Position numbers and translations under genes: made by a program. A DNA stretch of 24,000 bases, from assembly GCF_040881935.1 (NCBI RefSeq), contig NZ_JBBECH010000072.1, positions 33,177-57,176 of the forward strand. Reading direction: 5' to 3'. Source of the stretch: Saccharospirillum sp. GTDB taxonomy: Bacteria; Pseudomonadota; Gammaproteobacteria; Pseudomonadales; Natronospirillaceae. The notes beneath the pieces were generated by a model that saw nothing but the letters and a program-made list of their open reading frames with translations, was not told the DNA's origin and did no database searches. Shown in pieces: positions 16,514 through 24,000 of this stretch; position 1 is the stretch's first letter; every line of letters starts with the position of its first letter.

Positions 16514-16868
16514 GTGCCGTTAGCAGCTGATGGCCCAGCCCCGGCTCTTGATCGTGCCATCGGCATTTGTCAGCCAGTATTGGACTGGACGCTGGATGAC
16601 CAGCGCCCGCATGCCGATATGGCTGTTTTTCGCCACAAAAAGGGCGAAGTCGTGATTGCGCTAATTCTGCAAAGGTCACCCCCCGGTGGGCTTGGCCCTC
16701 TGCCCTACCTCAACTGCCATGGGCGACTGGCGCGCGCTGGAGCAGGTAAAGCATTACGGCGGACGAATTGAAAAAACCATCCACCCACTGGCGCCCTTTG
16801 GTTTTCGCGCGGTCATCCGTGACAGCGAAGGCAACCGGGTGGCGCTGCACAGCATGGTGATGAACTGA
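16514..16868 (+). pseudogene. VOC/glyoxalase-bleomycin-resistance-family gene interrupted by a +1 frame change (or assembly indel)
   Basis: ORF 16514..16771 (frame 2) carries a VOC-like N-terminal half (LDRAIGICQPVLDWTL..., ADMAVFRHKKGEVVIALIL). ORF 16686..16868 (frame 0, open from 16665) carries a typical VOC C-terminus (DWRALEQVKHYGGRIEKTIHPLAPFGFRAVIRDSEGNRVALHS). Together they span 118 codons, the normal size of a single-domain VOC protein. The frame switch must lie in 16665-16771. Candidate slippage sites are the C6 run at 16679-16684 and the GGG at 16720-16722. Confidence 0.45.
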
Positions 16869-16870
16869 GT

Positions 16871-17659
16871 ATGTGTCTTTGCGTCTTTAATTATCGTCCC
16901 GGGCATGAATGGCCCTTGTTGCTGGTTGCCAACCGCGATGAATTCCTTGATCGCCCGGCAGACCCCATGCATTGGTGGGACCCCACAGAGCAGCGCCCTG
17001 TTCCGGTTCTGGCCGGACGAGATCTAAAAGCCGGAGGCACCTGGCTGGCGGCTGACCCCGCCGGTCGCATAGCGCTGCTCACTAACATCCGCCCCGGGCA
17101 TCTGGGTCAAACTGGCCAGCGCAGCCGCGGCGAACTGCCGCTGGCGTTTTTACAGCAACCACACGACATCGCCACCTTCCATCAATCCCTGCGACCAGAC
17201 ATTGACCAATACGGTGGGTTCAATCTGGTATTGTTCGACGCTCAGGGGTTGTTCTGGTTCAGTTCGGACCACCCGCAAGGCGAGTGGTTAACACCAGGGA
17301 TTCATGGGCTCAGCAACGATGCGATGAACACCCCCTGGCCCAAGGTAGCACTGGCCCGTGAGCAGATGGCCGACTGTCACCAAAGGATGGAAACAACACC
17401 CTGGCTCCCGGACGATCTGGCCATACTGCCGATACTGGCAGACCCGCACACCCAATCGGATGCTCACCTTCCCGATACCGGTGTTCCCCTGGACTGGGAA
17501 CGAACCCTCTCCGCCCAGACGATCACCTCGGAACGTTACGCCAGTCGATGCCGCACCTGGATAGCCGTGCACCGTAGCGGCCGACTGCAGGTCAGCGAAG
17601 CGCAACTGAGCCCCGATGGCACCATGGCCGAGCCTCGCGTATTCGCCTGGCAGGCGTAG
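16871..17659 (+). CDS. NRDE-family protein (DUF833; TANGO2-like)
   Basis: 262 aa. It begins MCL (the Cys2 typical of this family) and contains the eponymous LLVANRDEF motif. It starts 2 nt after the VOC-like stop. Confidence 0.85.
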   Translation: MCLCVFNYRPGHEWPLLLVANRDEFLDRPADPMHWWDPTEQRPVPVLAGRDLKAGGTWLAADPAGRIALLTNIRPGHLGQTGQRSRGELPLAFLQQPHDIATFHQSLRPDIDQYGGFNLVLFDAQGLFWFSSDHPQGEWLTPGIHGLSNDAMNTPWPKVALAREQMADCHQRMETTPWLPDDLAILPILADPHTQSDAHLPDTGVPLDWERTLSAQTITSERYASRCRTWIAVHRSGRLQVSEAQLSPDGTMAEPRVFAWQA

Positions 17660-17666
17660 TCTGCAG

Positions 17667-18470
17667 TTAAAGCCTGCGATGCTCGTGGGTAGGCATTTTC
17701 AGACGAACCGCATCGACCCGCTCCAGGTCGGTGTCAATCGTTAGCCCCTGCTCACCCTCTCCCGCGCCTTCAACGTCACCCCAGGGGTCAACCACCAGGC
17801 TGTGGCCCCAGGTGCGGCGTTTCTCGTCGTGCTGTCCGCCCTGATTGGCGGCGACCAGATAGCTGGCATTTTCGATGGCCCGGGCGCGGCACAGAACTTC
17901 CCAGTGCGCCTGGCCAGTCGACCAGGTAAACGCCGACGGCACCACAAAGGTATCCACACCCCGGCTGCGTTGCAGCCGGTACAATTCGGGAAAGCGCAGG
18001 TCGTAACAGACGCTGAGTCCCCAGTGGCCCCAGGGCGTTTTAACGGTGACCACATCCTGGCCTGGCTGATAATGGTCTGACTCGCGATACTGTCCCTGGG
18101 CATCACCCACGGCCGCATCAAACAGATGAATTTTATCGTAATGCGCCCGCACTTCGCCCTGATCGTCCAGTACGTGCAAGCGGGCTCTCGGTTTCGCCTC
18201 ACCTGGCATCAGTACGGGTACCGTGCCAGCGACAACCCAAAGCCCATGACGACAAGCCGCTTCACGCAAGTGCTGGCCAACCGGCCCGGTGAAGTCAGTC
18301 TCTGCAGCCGCCAGGTCCCGCGCCACTCCGCCACCGAAGACAGCAAACATTTCAGGTAATTGAATCGCCTGGGCCCCTGCCTCGGCCGCCGCCTGCACAT
18401 GCCGGTCTACTTGATCGAGATTGTCTTCAAGATGCCGGGAACTGATCATCTGAGCCAGATACCACTTCAT
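17667..18470 (-). CDS. Carbon-nitrogen hydrolase (nitrilase-superfamily amidase)
   Basis: 267 aa. The E-K-C catalytic triad contexts are present: QLPEMF (Glu), HYDKIHLFD (Lys), LSVCYDLRFPE (Cys). It sits directly downstream of yhdP, as in pseudomonads. Confidence 0.9.
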   Translation of the reverse strand: MKWYLAQMISSRHLEDNLDQVDRHVQAAAEAGAQAIQLPEMFAVFGGGVARDLAAAETDFTGPVGQHLREAACRHGLWVVAGTVPVLMPGEAKPRARLHVLDDQGEVRAHYDKIHLFDAAVGDAQGQYRESDHYQPGQDVVTVKTPWGHWGLSVCYDLRFPELYRLQRSRGVDTFVVPSAFTWSTGQAHWEVLCRARAIENASYLVAANQGGQHDEKRRTWGHSLVVDPWGDVEGAGEGEQGLTIDTDLERVDAVRLKMPTHEHRRL

Positions 18471-18512
18471 AAAAACCTCCTATCATCGACAAAACCGGAG
18501 GATGACCGGGTG

Positions 18513-21500
18513 TCAGGGCGAACCCGGGCTGCCCGGATTCGTCGGTACTACGTTGCGCAACCGATCACTGACACTGGGGTTCAATGCACTGCCGGTGTTG
18601 TTGTCGAACACACGATAAAACCGCAGTTCCGGTTCCTCGAGCGATCCGGTCACGTGCATACGTGCAGAACTAAGGCGTTCCAGCTCGTTATTGAACACCC
18701 GCTCGGTCACGTAAATGGCCGCGGCCGCCTGCGGCGACACACCAGCCAGTAAGGCCACCAGAGGAAAGGTGCTGGACAGCGGCACGGTCATGACCATATC
18801 GACATCCAGCACATCGCGAACCAGGTCGGCATCGCCACTGAAACGGAATTTAATCGCCGGCCCGTCAATCAGCAAGCGGTCACCTACGCGCGCAAAACCC
18901 CGGTCAAACAGCAATTCACCTTCGATGACATCGTAGCTGATGCCATCGCGAATCAGGTCGGAAAAGTCCAGCGCCAGACGGCGCAGAACCCGGGTGAAAT
19001 TCAGCAAACCAACCAGTTTCACGCCTTCGTATTCATCCAGCTCAAGAATAGACCCATTGGTCAGGCGCAATTCGATCCCGCCGCGTAGACGGTCAAAATC
19101 AAAGTAGGCGGGCGTGCCCGGCCATTCGAAATCCAGATCAAACTGACCCGTTCGACTTTCGAGCACCGGGGCGTAGTCCCAGCTTTGCAGCACCCTCAAT
19201 ATGTTGCCGGTTCGAACCTGGCCCTGGAAAGCCGTGCGGTGCTGGTTATCCAGGTACCGCCAGGTCAATTCTCCCTCCAGACGCGCCTCGGGCATTTCTA
19301 CTCTCAGATTCCGCAGCACCGCGTTGCCGTCCTCGCGCCGGATCTCAGCCCGCCAACTGCCCATATCGCGACCGTCAATTGACAGCCGGGCAATTTGCAT
19401 ATTCGCATCCGGCAGTTCATTCGGACGCAACATGGCCATCGGATCCGGCGCGGGCGTGTCTTCAGCGCCAGCCTCCGGCGAGGCACCGGCGCTCGGAGGC
19501 GTACGATTAATATTCACAAAATCAAAGTCGGCAAAATGAGGATCCCCGTTGAATGGGATCAAAACCCGGCCACTCAGTTCCCGGGCTTCCAGGGTCGTCA
19601 GCCAGCCCTCATCACTGCTGAGCACCTGCACCCGTGGCTGAGTCCAGTTCAACCCCTGGCCACGCCACAGTGCGCCTCGCAGGTTCACTTCGCGCACCAG
19701 TTGTGAACCGGCCTCGGATCCGAGCTCAGCCAGTGGCGACCCGGCTTCCTGATAAACCTCACCTACCGATTGCAAGGCCTCGCGCCACTGATCGATATTA
19801 GCTTCGGGCAGCAGGGCATCGACATAAACCCCTGATCGCTCCCGGCGTACCAACGGCGTATTGAGGGCAAGCGTTCCGGCTTCTATCCGGTTCCCGGGTG
19901 AGAGGTCAAATGACCATTGCAATATCTCGTTGTAATGGCCGGTAATGCCCAGCCCCTCGCTTTCGGCAAACACCAGGTCCAGCGCAAGCGGACGCACCTG
20001 TTCCGCCGTCTTACCCAGAACGGCCGGAAATGCCAGCGGCAGGTTTACCAGATCCGATTGCACGGTAATATGGGTCTGGCCCGGCAAAAAATCCAGTCGG
20101 GTATCGATGTTAATCTGGTAGGGCTGGCCAGAAAGCCAGGGGTCTTCGAGCCAACGCCCCCAGGCATCAACGGGAGTATTACCGGAAACCGAGAGGCTGA
20201 CCCGGGTATCAGCCCCGGTCAGATCAGAAGTCAGTTGTGCCTGGTGTTCAGCCCCAAACAGCCGCCCGTCGAGACGATCCGAATAAAGCCCGCGCGCGCT
20301 GCTATAACCGATATCACCGCTAAGATCCGACACGGTAAGATCCAGTTCGGCCAAATTCAGAGTGCCGTTGTCCAACTGGCTGGTCAGCGCAATGTCGATT
20401 GGCGCCTCGCTCAACGGAACGGTTAGGTCCAGCGTCGCTTCGGTGACCCCGGACAGGGTCCAGTCACTGACCACATCCGCCGCCAGAAAGTCGAGCGGAC
20501 CCTCCTGCTTGAACAACGCCAGAGCTTCGCCAGCATCGGCCGCCACGTCGAGGTCGATGAGCAGTTGCCGCTCGGAGAAAGGCAGGTGCAAACGGCCGCT
20601 GCGCAGCGCTATGCCAGCCAGATGACCGCTCTGTGCGTCGACCTGCAGATCATCGAGTGACACCCTAACCTGACCCGACCCGCCGGTGATCGCAGGCCAA
20701 CGATCATTAAACCGCACCTCAGCGTCATCGACATCGGTCACTAGGGCCAGTCCACTCTCGGTCATTCGGCCGCTTCGAAAGCCAGAAACAAAGGAAAAAT
20801 CCAGATCGGAAAACCGAGCCGACTGAAGGTTGTCCAGAATCCAGGGTTTGACCTGGGCTGGCAGGCGATAGTCTGGCGTCAGCCGTTTGGCCCAGTTAGC
20901 GTTGGTGGTATCCGCTGCCACGGCCAGCCGAAAACCCACTTCACGAACATCGGCGGCAACATCACTGCCATTCACCAGGTCCACGCGCCAGTGACCAGTC
21001 AGAGGCTGCGCCGAAACGCCTGCGGTACGCTGCGCGGCATCGGGTGCGATGGCCACTTCATGGTGCCCCTCCAGTTGCACCCCGGCGCCCGCCGACCAGC
21101 GAATATCCAGTAACCCACTGATGCGCTCAAACAGAAATGGCTGCTGATAAATGGCTGGAAGCTCGAAAGTAACATCGGTGTTATCGAAATCAAGGCGCGC
21201 CGTCGCCCCCTCAGCCCGCACTTGGCCGCTGATTCCGGTTATGCCTGGAATACCCGCATAAGGTTGCATCTGCAAATCAATGACATTCGCCGTCATCCTC
21301 AGAGAATCGGGCTGACCGGTACGATAAGCCACCTTACCCTGGTCAATGCTGGCTTGTGGAAACGCCCGATCCCAGTAACCACTGCCGTCATTCAACGCCA
21401 AATAAGCGCTGATGGGAGCCATTGGCAGTTGATCCCATTGCACCTGCCATTGAGACTGACGCTGGCTCGCCCGAACGATGAAATCGCCCTGAACCTCGGG

Positions 21501-22460
21501 TTCTGCTCCACCAGACCGTTCCAGTTCATGGGAAAAATGACGTACCCAGAGGTCCGTACCCGCGGTGGTCCGTTCGGCAAACAACTCCATATCCAGATTG
21601 CGCAGCGTCAACCCGGCGCGGCTACCAGTAAAGCGGGTAACCGGGCTTTGCAAACGAACCTGCGCCGACTGCCATTGATCACGGGTCAGACTGATCCAGT
21701 ACTCACCCGCAAGCGAGGCCTGACGCATGTCCGGCAGACGCTCCTGCAGCCAGGGCGCCATATCAAAGGCACCGTGCCGTGCGTATAGGCTCACCTCATA
21801 TTGATTGTTACGGCGAGTGCTTTCCAGTTGCAGTTCGATGGGAACCGTCAGGCCATCAAAATTGACACTGGCTTGTGCACGCATCCAGTTGTCGTCCTCC
21901 AGACCGGTCAGTTGCGCCGACTCCATGGCAACCGTCATTCCCGGCAATAGTCGGGGCTCTATGTGCAGGGCCATATCGGTAAAACGAACTTCCCGCTGCT
22001 GGCGAATCAGGGCGATCACCTGCTCAAGCGACATGTCGGAGGGGTTGGCCCGACCTGACCCGCCACCCACACCGGCGAAGGACCACCCCTGTTCCGTCTG
22101 TATCAGGTTGGCTTCAAATCCGGTCAGTTCAAATCGTTTAAACACCGGCGATAGCGTCACCAGCGATTGAATTAATGCTGGCTCCAGCAACATTCGCTCA
22201 ACACTGAGGGTTGAACTAATCTGAACGTCTTCAGCAATAAGAATGGGGTTGAACTGGCTCCACTGTCCGCTGAGGCGGCCAATGGAGACCGACGCGTTGA
22301 GGCGGTCACTGAGCAACAGCGCCAGTTCCGCGTTATAGCGTTCGACATGCGGGAAAAACTGACGGCCCAGCGCCAGGTAGGCGGCCACCAGTAAAATCCA
22401 GAACGCACCGATCTTCAGCAACACCGTGCCCAGTGTCTTTACCAAGCGATACCTGGCCAT
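18513..22460 (-). CDS. yhdP: YhdP-family (AsmA-like) large envelope-spanning protein implicated in phospholipid transport to the outer membrane
   Basis: 1315 aa with a single N-terminal TM helix (VLLKIGAFWILLVAAYLAL) followed by a very long beta-rich, low-complexity-free body. It sits immediately downstream of rng, the conserved rng-yhdP arrangement of gammaproteobacteria. Confidence 0.85.
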   Translation of the reverse strand: MARYRLVKTLGTVLLKIGAFWILLVAAYLALGRQFFPHVERYNAELALLLSDRLNASVSIGRLSGQWSQFNPILIAEDVQISSTLSVERMLLEPALIQSLVTLSPVFKRFELTGFEANLIQTEQGWSFAGVGGGSGRANPSDMSLEQVIALIRQQREVRFTDMALHIEPRLLPGMTVAMESAQLTGLEDDNWMRAQASVNFDGLTVPIELQLESTRRNNQYEVSLYARHGAFDMAPWLQERLPDMRQASLAGEYWISLTRDQWQSAQVRLQSPVTRFTGSRAGLTLRNLDMELFAERTTAGTDLWVRHFSHELERSGGAEPEVQGDFIVRASQRQSQWQVQWDQLPMAPISAYLALNDGSGYWDRAFPQASIDQGKVAYRTGQPDSLRMTANVIDLQMQPYAGIPGITGISGQVRAEGATARLDFDNTDVTFELPAIYQQPFLFERISGLLDIRWSAGAGVQLEGHHEVAIAPDAAQRTAGVSAQPLTGHWRVDLVNGSDVAADVREVGFRLAVAADTTNANWAKRLTPDYRLPAQVKPWILDNLQSARFSDLDFSFVSGFRSGRMTESGLALVTDVDDAEVRFNDRWPAITGGSGQVRVSLDDLQVDAQSGHLAGIALRSGRLHLPFSERQLLIDLDVAADAGEALALFKQEGPLDFLAADVVSDWTLSGVTEATLDLTVPLSEAPIDIALTSQLDNGTLNLAELDLTVSDLSGDIGYSSARGLYSDRLDGRLFGAEHQAQLTSDLTGADTRVSLSVSGNTPVDAWGRWLEDPWLSGQPYQINIDTRLDFLPGQTHITVQSDLVNLPLAFPAVLGKTAEQVRPLALDLVFAESEGLGITGHYNEILQWSFDLSPGNRIEAGTLALNTPLVRRERSGVYVDALLPEANIDQWREALQSVGEVYQEAGSPLAELGSEAGSQLVREVNLRGALWRGQGLNWTQPRVQVLSSDEGWLTTLEARELSGRVLIPFNGDPHFADFDFVNINRTPPSAGASPEAGAEDTPAPDPMAMLRPNELPDANMQIARLSIDGRDMGSWRAEIRREDGNAVLRNLRVEMPEARLEGELTWRYLDNQHRTAFQGQVRTGNILRVLQSWDYAPVLESRTGQFDLDFEWPGTPAYFDFDRLRGGIELRLTNGSILELDEYEGVKLVGLLNFTRVLRRLALDFSDLIRDGISYDVIEGELLFDRGFARVGDRLLIDGPAIKFRFSGDADLVRDVLDVDMVMTVPLSSTFPLVALLAGVSPQAAAAIYVTERVFNNELERLSSARMHVTGSLEEPELRFYRVFDNNTGSALNPSVSDRLRNVVPTNPGSPGSP

Positions 22461-22539
22461 GGATCAGCGCTTCAGCGGACTGGCGGCCGCGCCGCCGTTT
22501 GAGCCAACGCCCGCTGTTGGTAACAGTGCGGGCGCTGGC

Positions 22540-24000
22540 CTACTGCAGAATGACATCAAATTGTTCCTGGCTGTACATGGGCTCAACCTGAAACCGAATC
22601 GGCTTGCCGATAAAATCTTCGAGATCGGCCAGATTGGACGATTCTTCATCCAGCAGTCGATCAACCACTTCCTGCGACGCCAGTACCAGATACTGGTCGT
22701 TATTGTAGGCGCGCTCTTCGCGCAATATTTCCCGAAAAACTTCATAGCACACTGTCTGGGGGGTCTTGATACGGCCTCGACCATTACAGACAGAACAGGT
22801 CTCTGTCATCATGTGTTCCAGACTTTCCCGGGTCCGCTTGCGCGTCATTTCAACCAGACCAAGGTCGGATACACCGGTTAATTTGCTTTTGGCGTGGTCT
22901 TTCTCCAGGTATTTTTCCAGCATGCGCAAGACCTGGCGTTGATGCTCGGGATCATCCATGTCGATAAAATCGATGATGATAATGCCACCTAAATTGCGCA
23001 ACCGCAGTTGCCGCACAATGGTAGTGACCGCCTCCAGATTGGTCTTGAAGATTGTCTCTTCCAGATTGCGATGACCCACAAAAGCGCCGGTATTAACATC
23101 TACCGTTGTCATCGCCTCCGTCTGGTCAATAATCAGATAACCGCCCGACTTCAACTCGACTTTACGCCCCAAAGCCCGGCGAATTTCATCCTCGACCGCA
23201 AAGAGATCAAAAATAGGCCGTTCACCCGGGTAGTACTCGAACACGGGCTCAACTTCGGGGGTGTATTTACGCACGAAATCAATAACCTTGGTGTAGGTCT
23301 CTTTCGAATCTATGCGTATTTTCTCGACATCCGCCCGCACCAGATCACGGGCAACGCGCAGGTACAGTGGCAGGTCTTCATAAATAGTGGCTGGCCCCTG
23401 CATCTCCAGTATCCGCTCGCCCAACACTCGAAATACACGCTTCAGATAATTCAGATCCGACTGGATTTCCTGTTCACCGATGCCTTCGGCCGCGGTACGC
23501 AAAATGTAACCACCCTTTTCGATGCCCTCATCCGCTTTGACTTTCAGTACCAGAGAGCGCAGACGCTCTCGCTCGTCCTCACCGTCAATGCGCTGGGATA
23601 CGCCAATGTGGTTCGAATCCGGCATGTACACCAGGTAACGCGACGGAATCGATAAATGGGTGGTTAACCGTGCGCCCTTAGTGCCAATGGGATCTTTGAT
23701 CACCTGCACCGTAATCGACTCACCCTCACGCACCAGAGACTGGATGGATTTCTGCGCTTCACCTTCACGCCTGGGCTGATCAAAATCAGATGCATGAATA
23801 AAGGCAGCCCGCTCCAAACCTATATCAACAAAGGCCGCCTGCATGCCAGGCAACACCCGGACGACCTTACCACGGTAAACATTACCGACGATCCCGCGTG
23901 TTTGCTCACGCTCGATGAAAATCTCCTGAACGGCCCCGTTTTCAACGATGGCCACCCGGGTTTCCATCGGTGTTACGTTTACCAATATCTCTGAATTCAT
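22540..24000 (-). CDS. rng: Ribonuclease G (complete; start codon is the last three bases of the window)
   Basis: 486 aa. MNSEILVNVTPMETRVAIVENG...GNVYRGKVVRVLPGMQAAFVDIG is the S1 domain. The RNase E/G catalytic region follows (GGIIIIDFIDM, TRKR, CxxCxGxG zinc-link motif CSVCNGRG). Confidence 0.95.
   Translation of the reverse strand: MNSEILVNVTPMETRVAIVENGAVQEIFIEREQTRGIVGNVYRGKVVRVLPGMQAAFVDIGLERAAFIHASDFDQPRREGEAQKSIQSLVREGESITVQVIKDPIGTKGARLTTHLSIPSRYLVYMPDSNHIGVSQRIDGEDERERLRSLVLKVKADEGIEKGGYILRTAAEGIGEQEIQSDLNYLKRVFRVLGERILEMQGPATIYEDLPLYLRVARDLVRADVEKIRIDSKETYTKVIDFVRKYTPEVEPVFEYYPGERPIFDLFAVEDEIRRALGRKVELKSGGYLIIDQTEAMTTVDVNTGAFVGHRNLEETIFKTNLEAVTTIVRQLRLRNLGGIIIIDFIDMDDPEHQRQVLRMLEKYLEKDHAKSKLTGVSDLGLVEMTRKRTRESLEHMMTETCSVCNGRGRIKTPQTVCYEVFREILREERAYNNDQYLVLASQEVVDRLLDEESSNLADLEDFIGKPIRFQVEPMYSQEQFDVILQ

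Overview
This window looks like chromosomal, mostly housekeeping DNA from a moderately GC-rich gammaproteobacterium. Gene content and local order resemble Pseudomonas or Oceanospirillales-type genomes. I call 19 protein-coding genes and one probably frameshifted gene. From left to right: prfA (5' fragment) and hemA on the minus strand; a divergent TPR lipoprotein and lolB; a PlsC-type acyltransferase; a RutR-like TetR regulator with guanine deaminase; fabA-fabB; galU; a cluster of a MocR-type regulator with three small-molecule exporters (LysE, RarD, LysE); a tight co-directional trio of poorly characterised enzymes (short DUF1338, frameshifted VOC/glyoxalase-like, NRDE/TANGO2-like); then a C-N hydrolase, yhdP and a complete rng on the minus strand. 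I found no rRNA, tRNA, CRISPR array, IS or transposase, integrase, phage gene or recognisable defence or secretion system, and I see no convincing novel multi-gene system. The most unusual signal is non-coding. Two copies (4173-4285 and 10019-10123) of a ~105-113 nt structured palindromic element each sit in a convergent-gene 3' spacer. They share a 58-nt core that is 51/58 identical, on a 27-31 bp basal stem. The stem sequence differs between copies almost only by compensatory base-pair changes, and the mismatch and internal-loop positions are conserved. Lesser observations are RutR-box-like palindromes upstream of guaD and the TetR gene, nested inverted repeats in the MocR/LysE divergent promoter region, a frameshift in the VOC-like gene, long untranslated spacers upstream of galU and DUF1338, and breaks in synteny after lolB and after the C-N hydrolase. 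All functional calls rest on reading the translations and motifs by eye. No database search was run.
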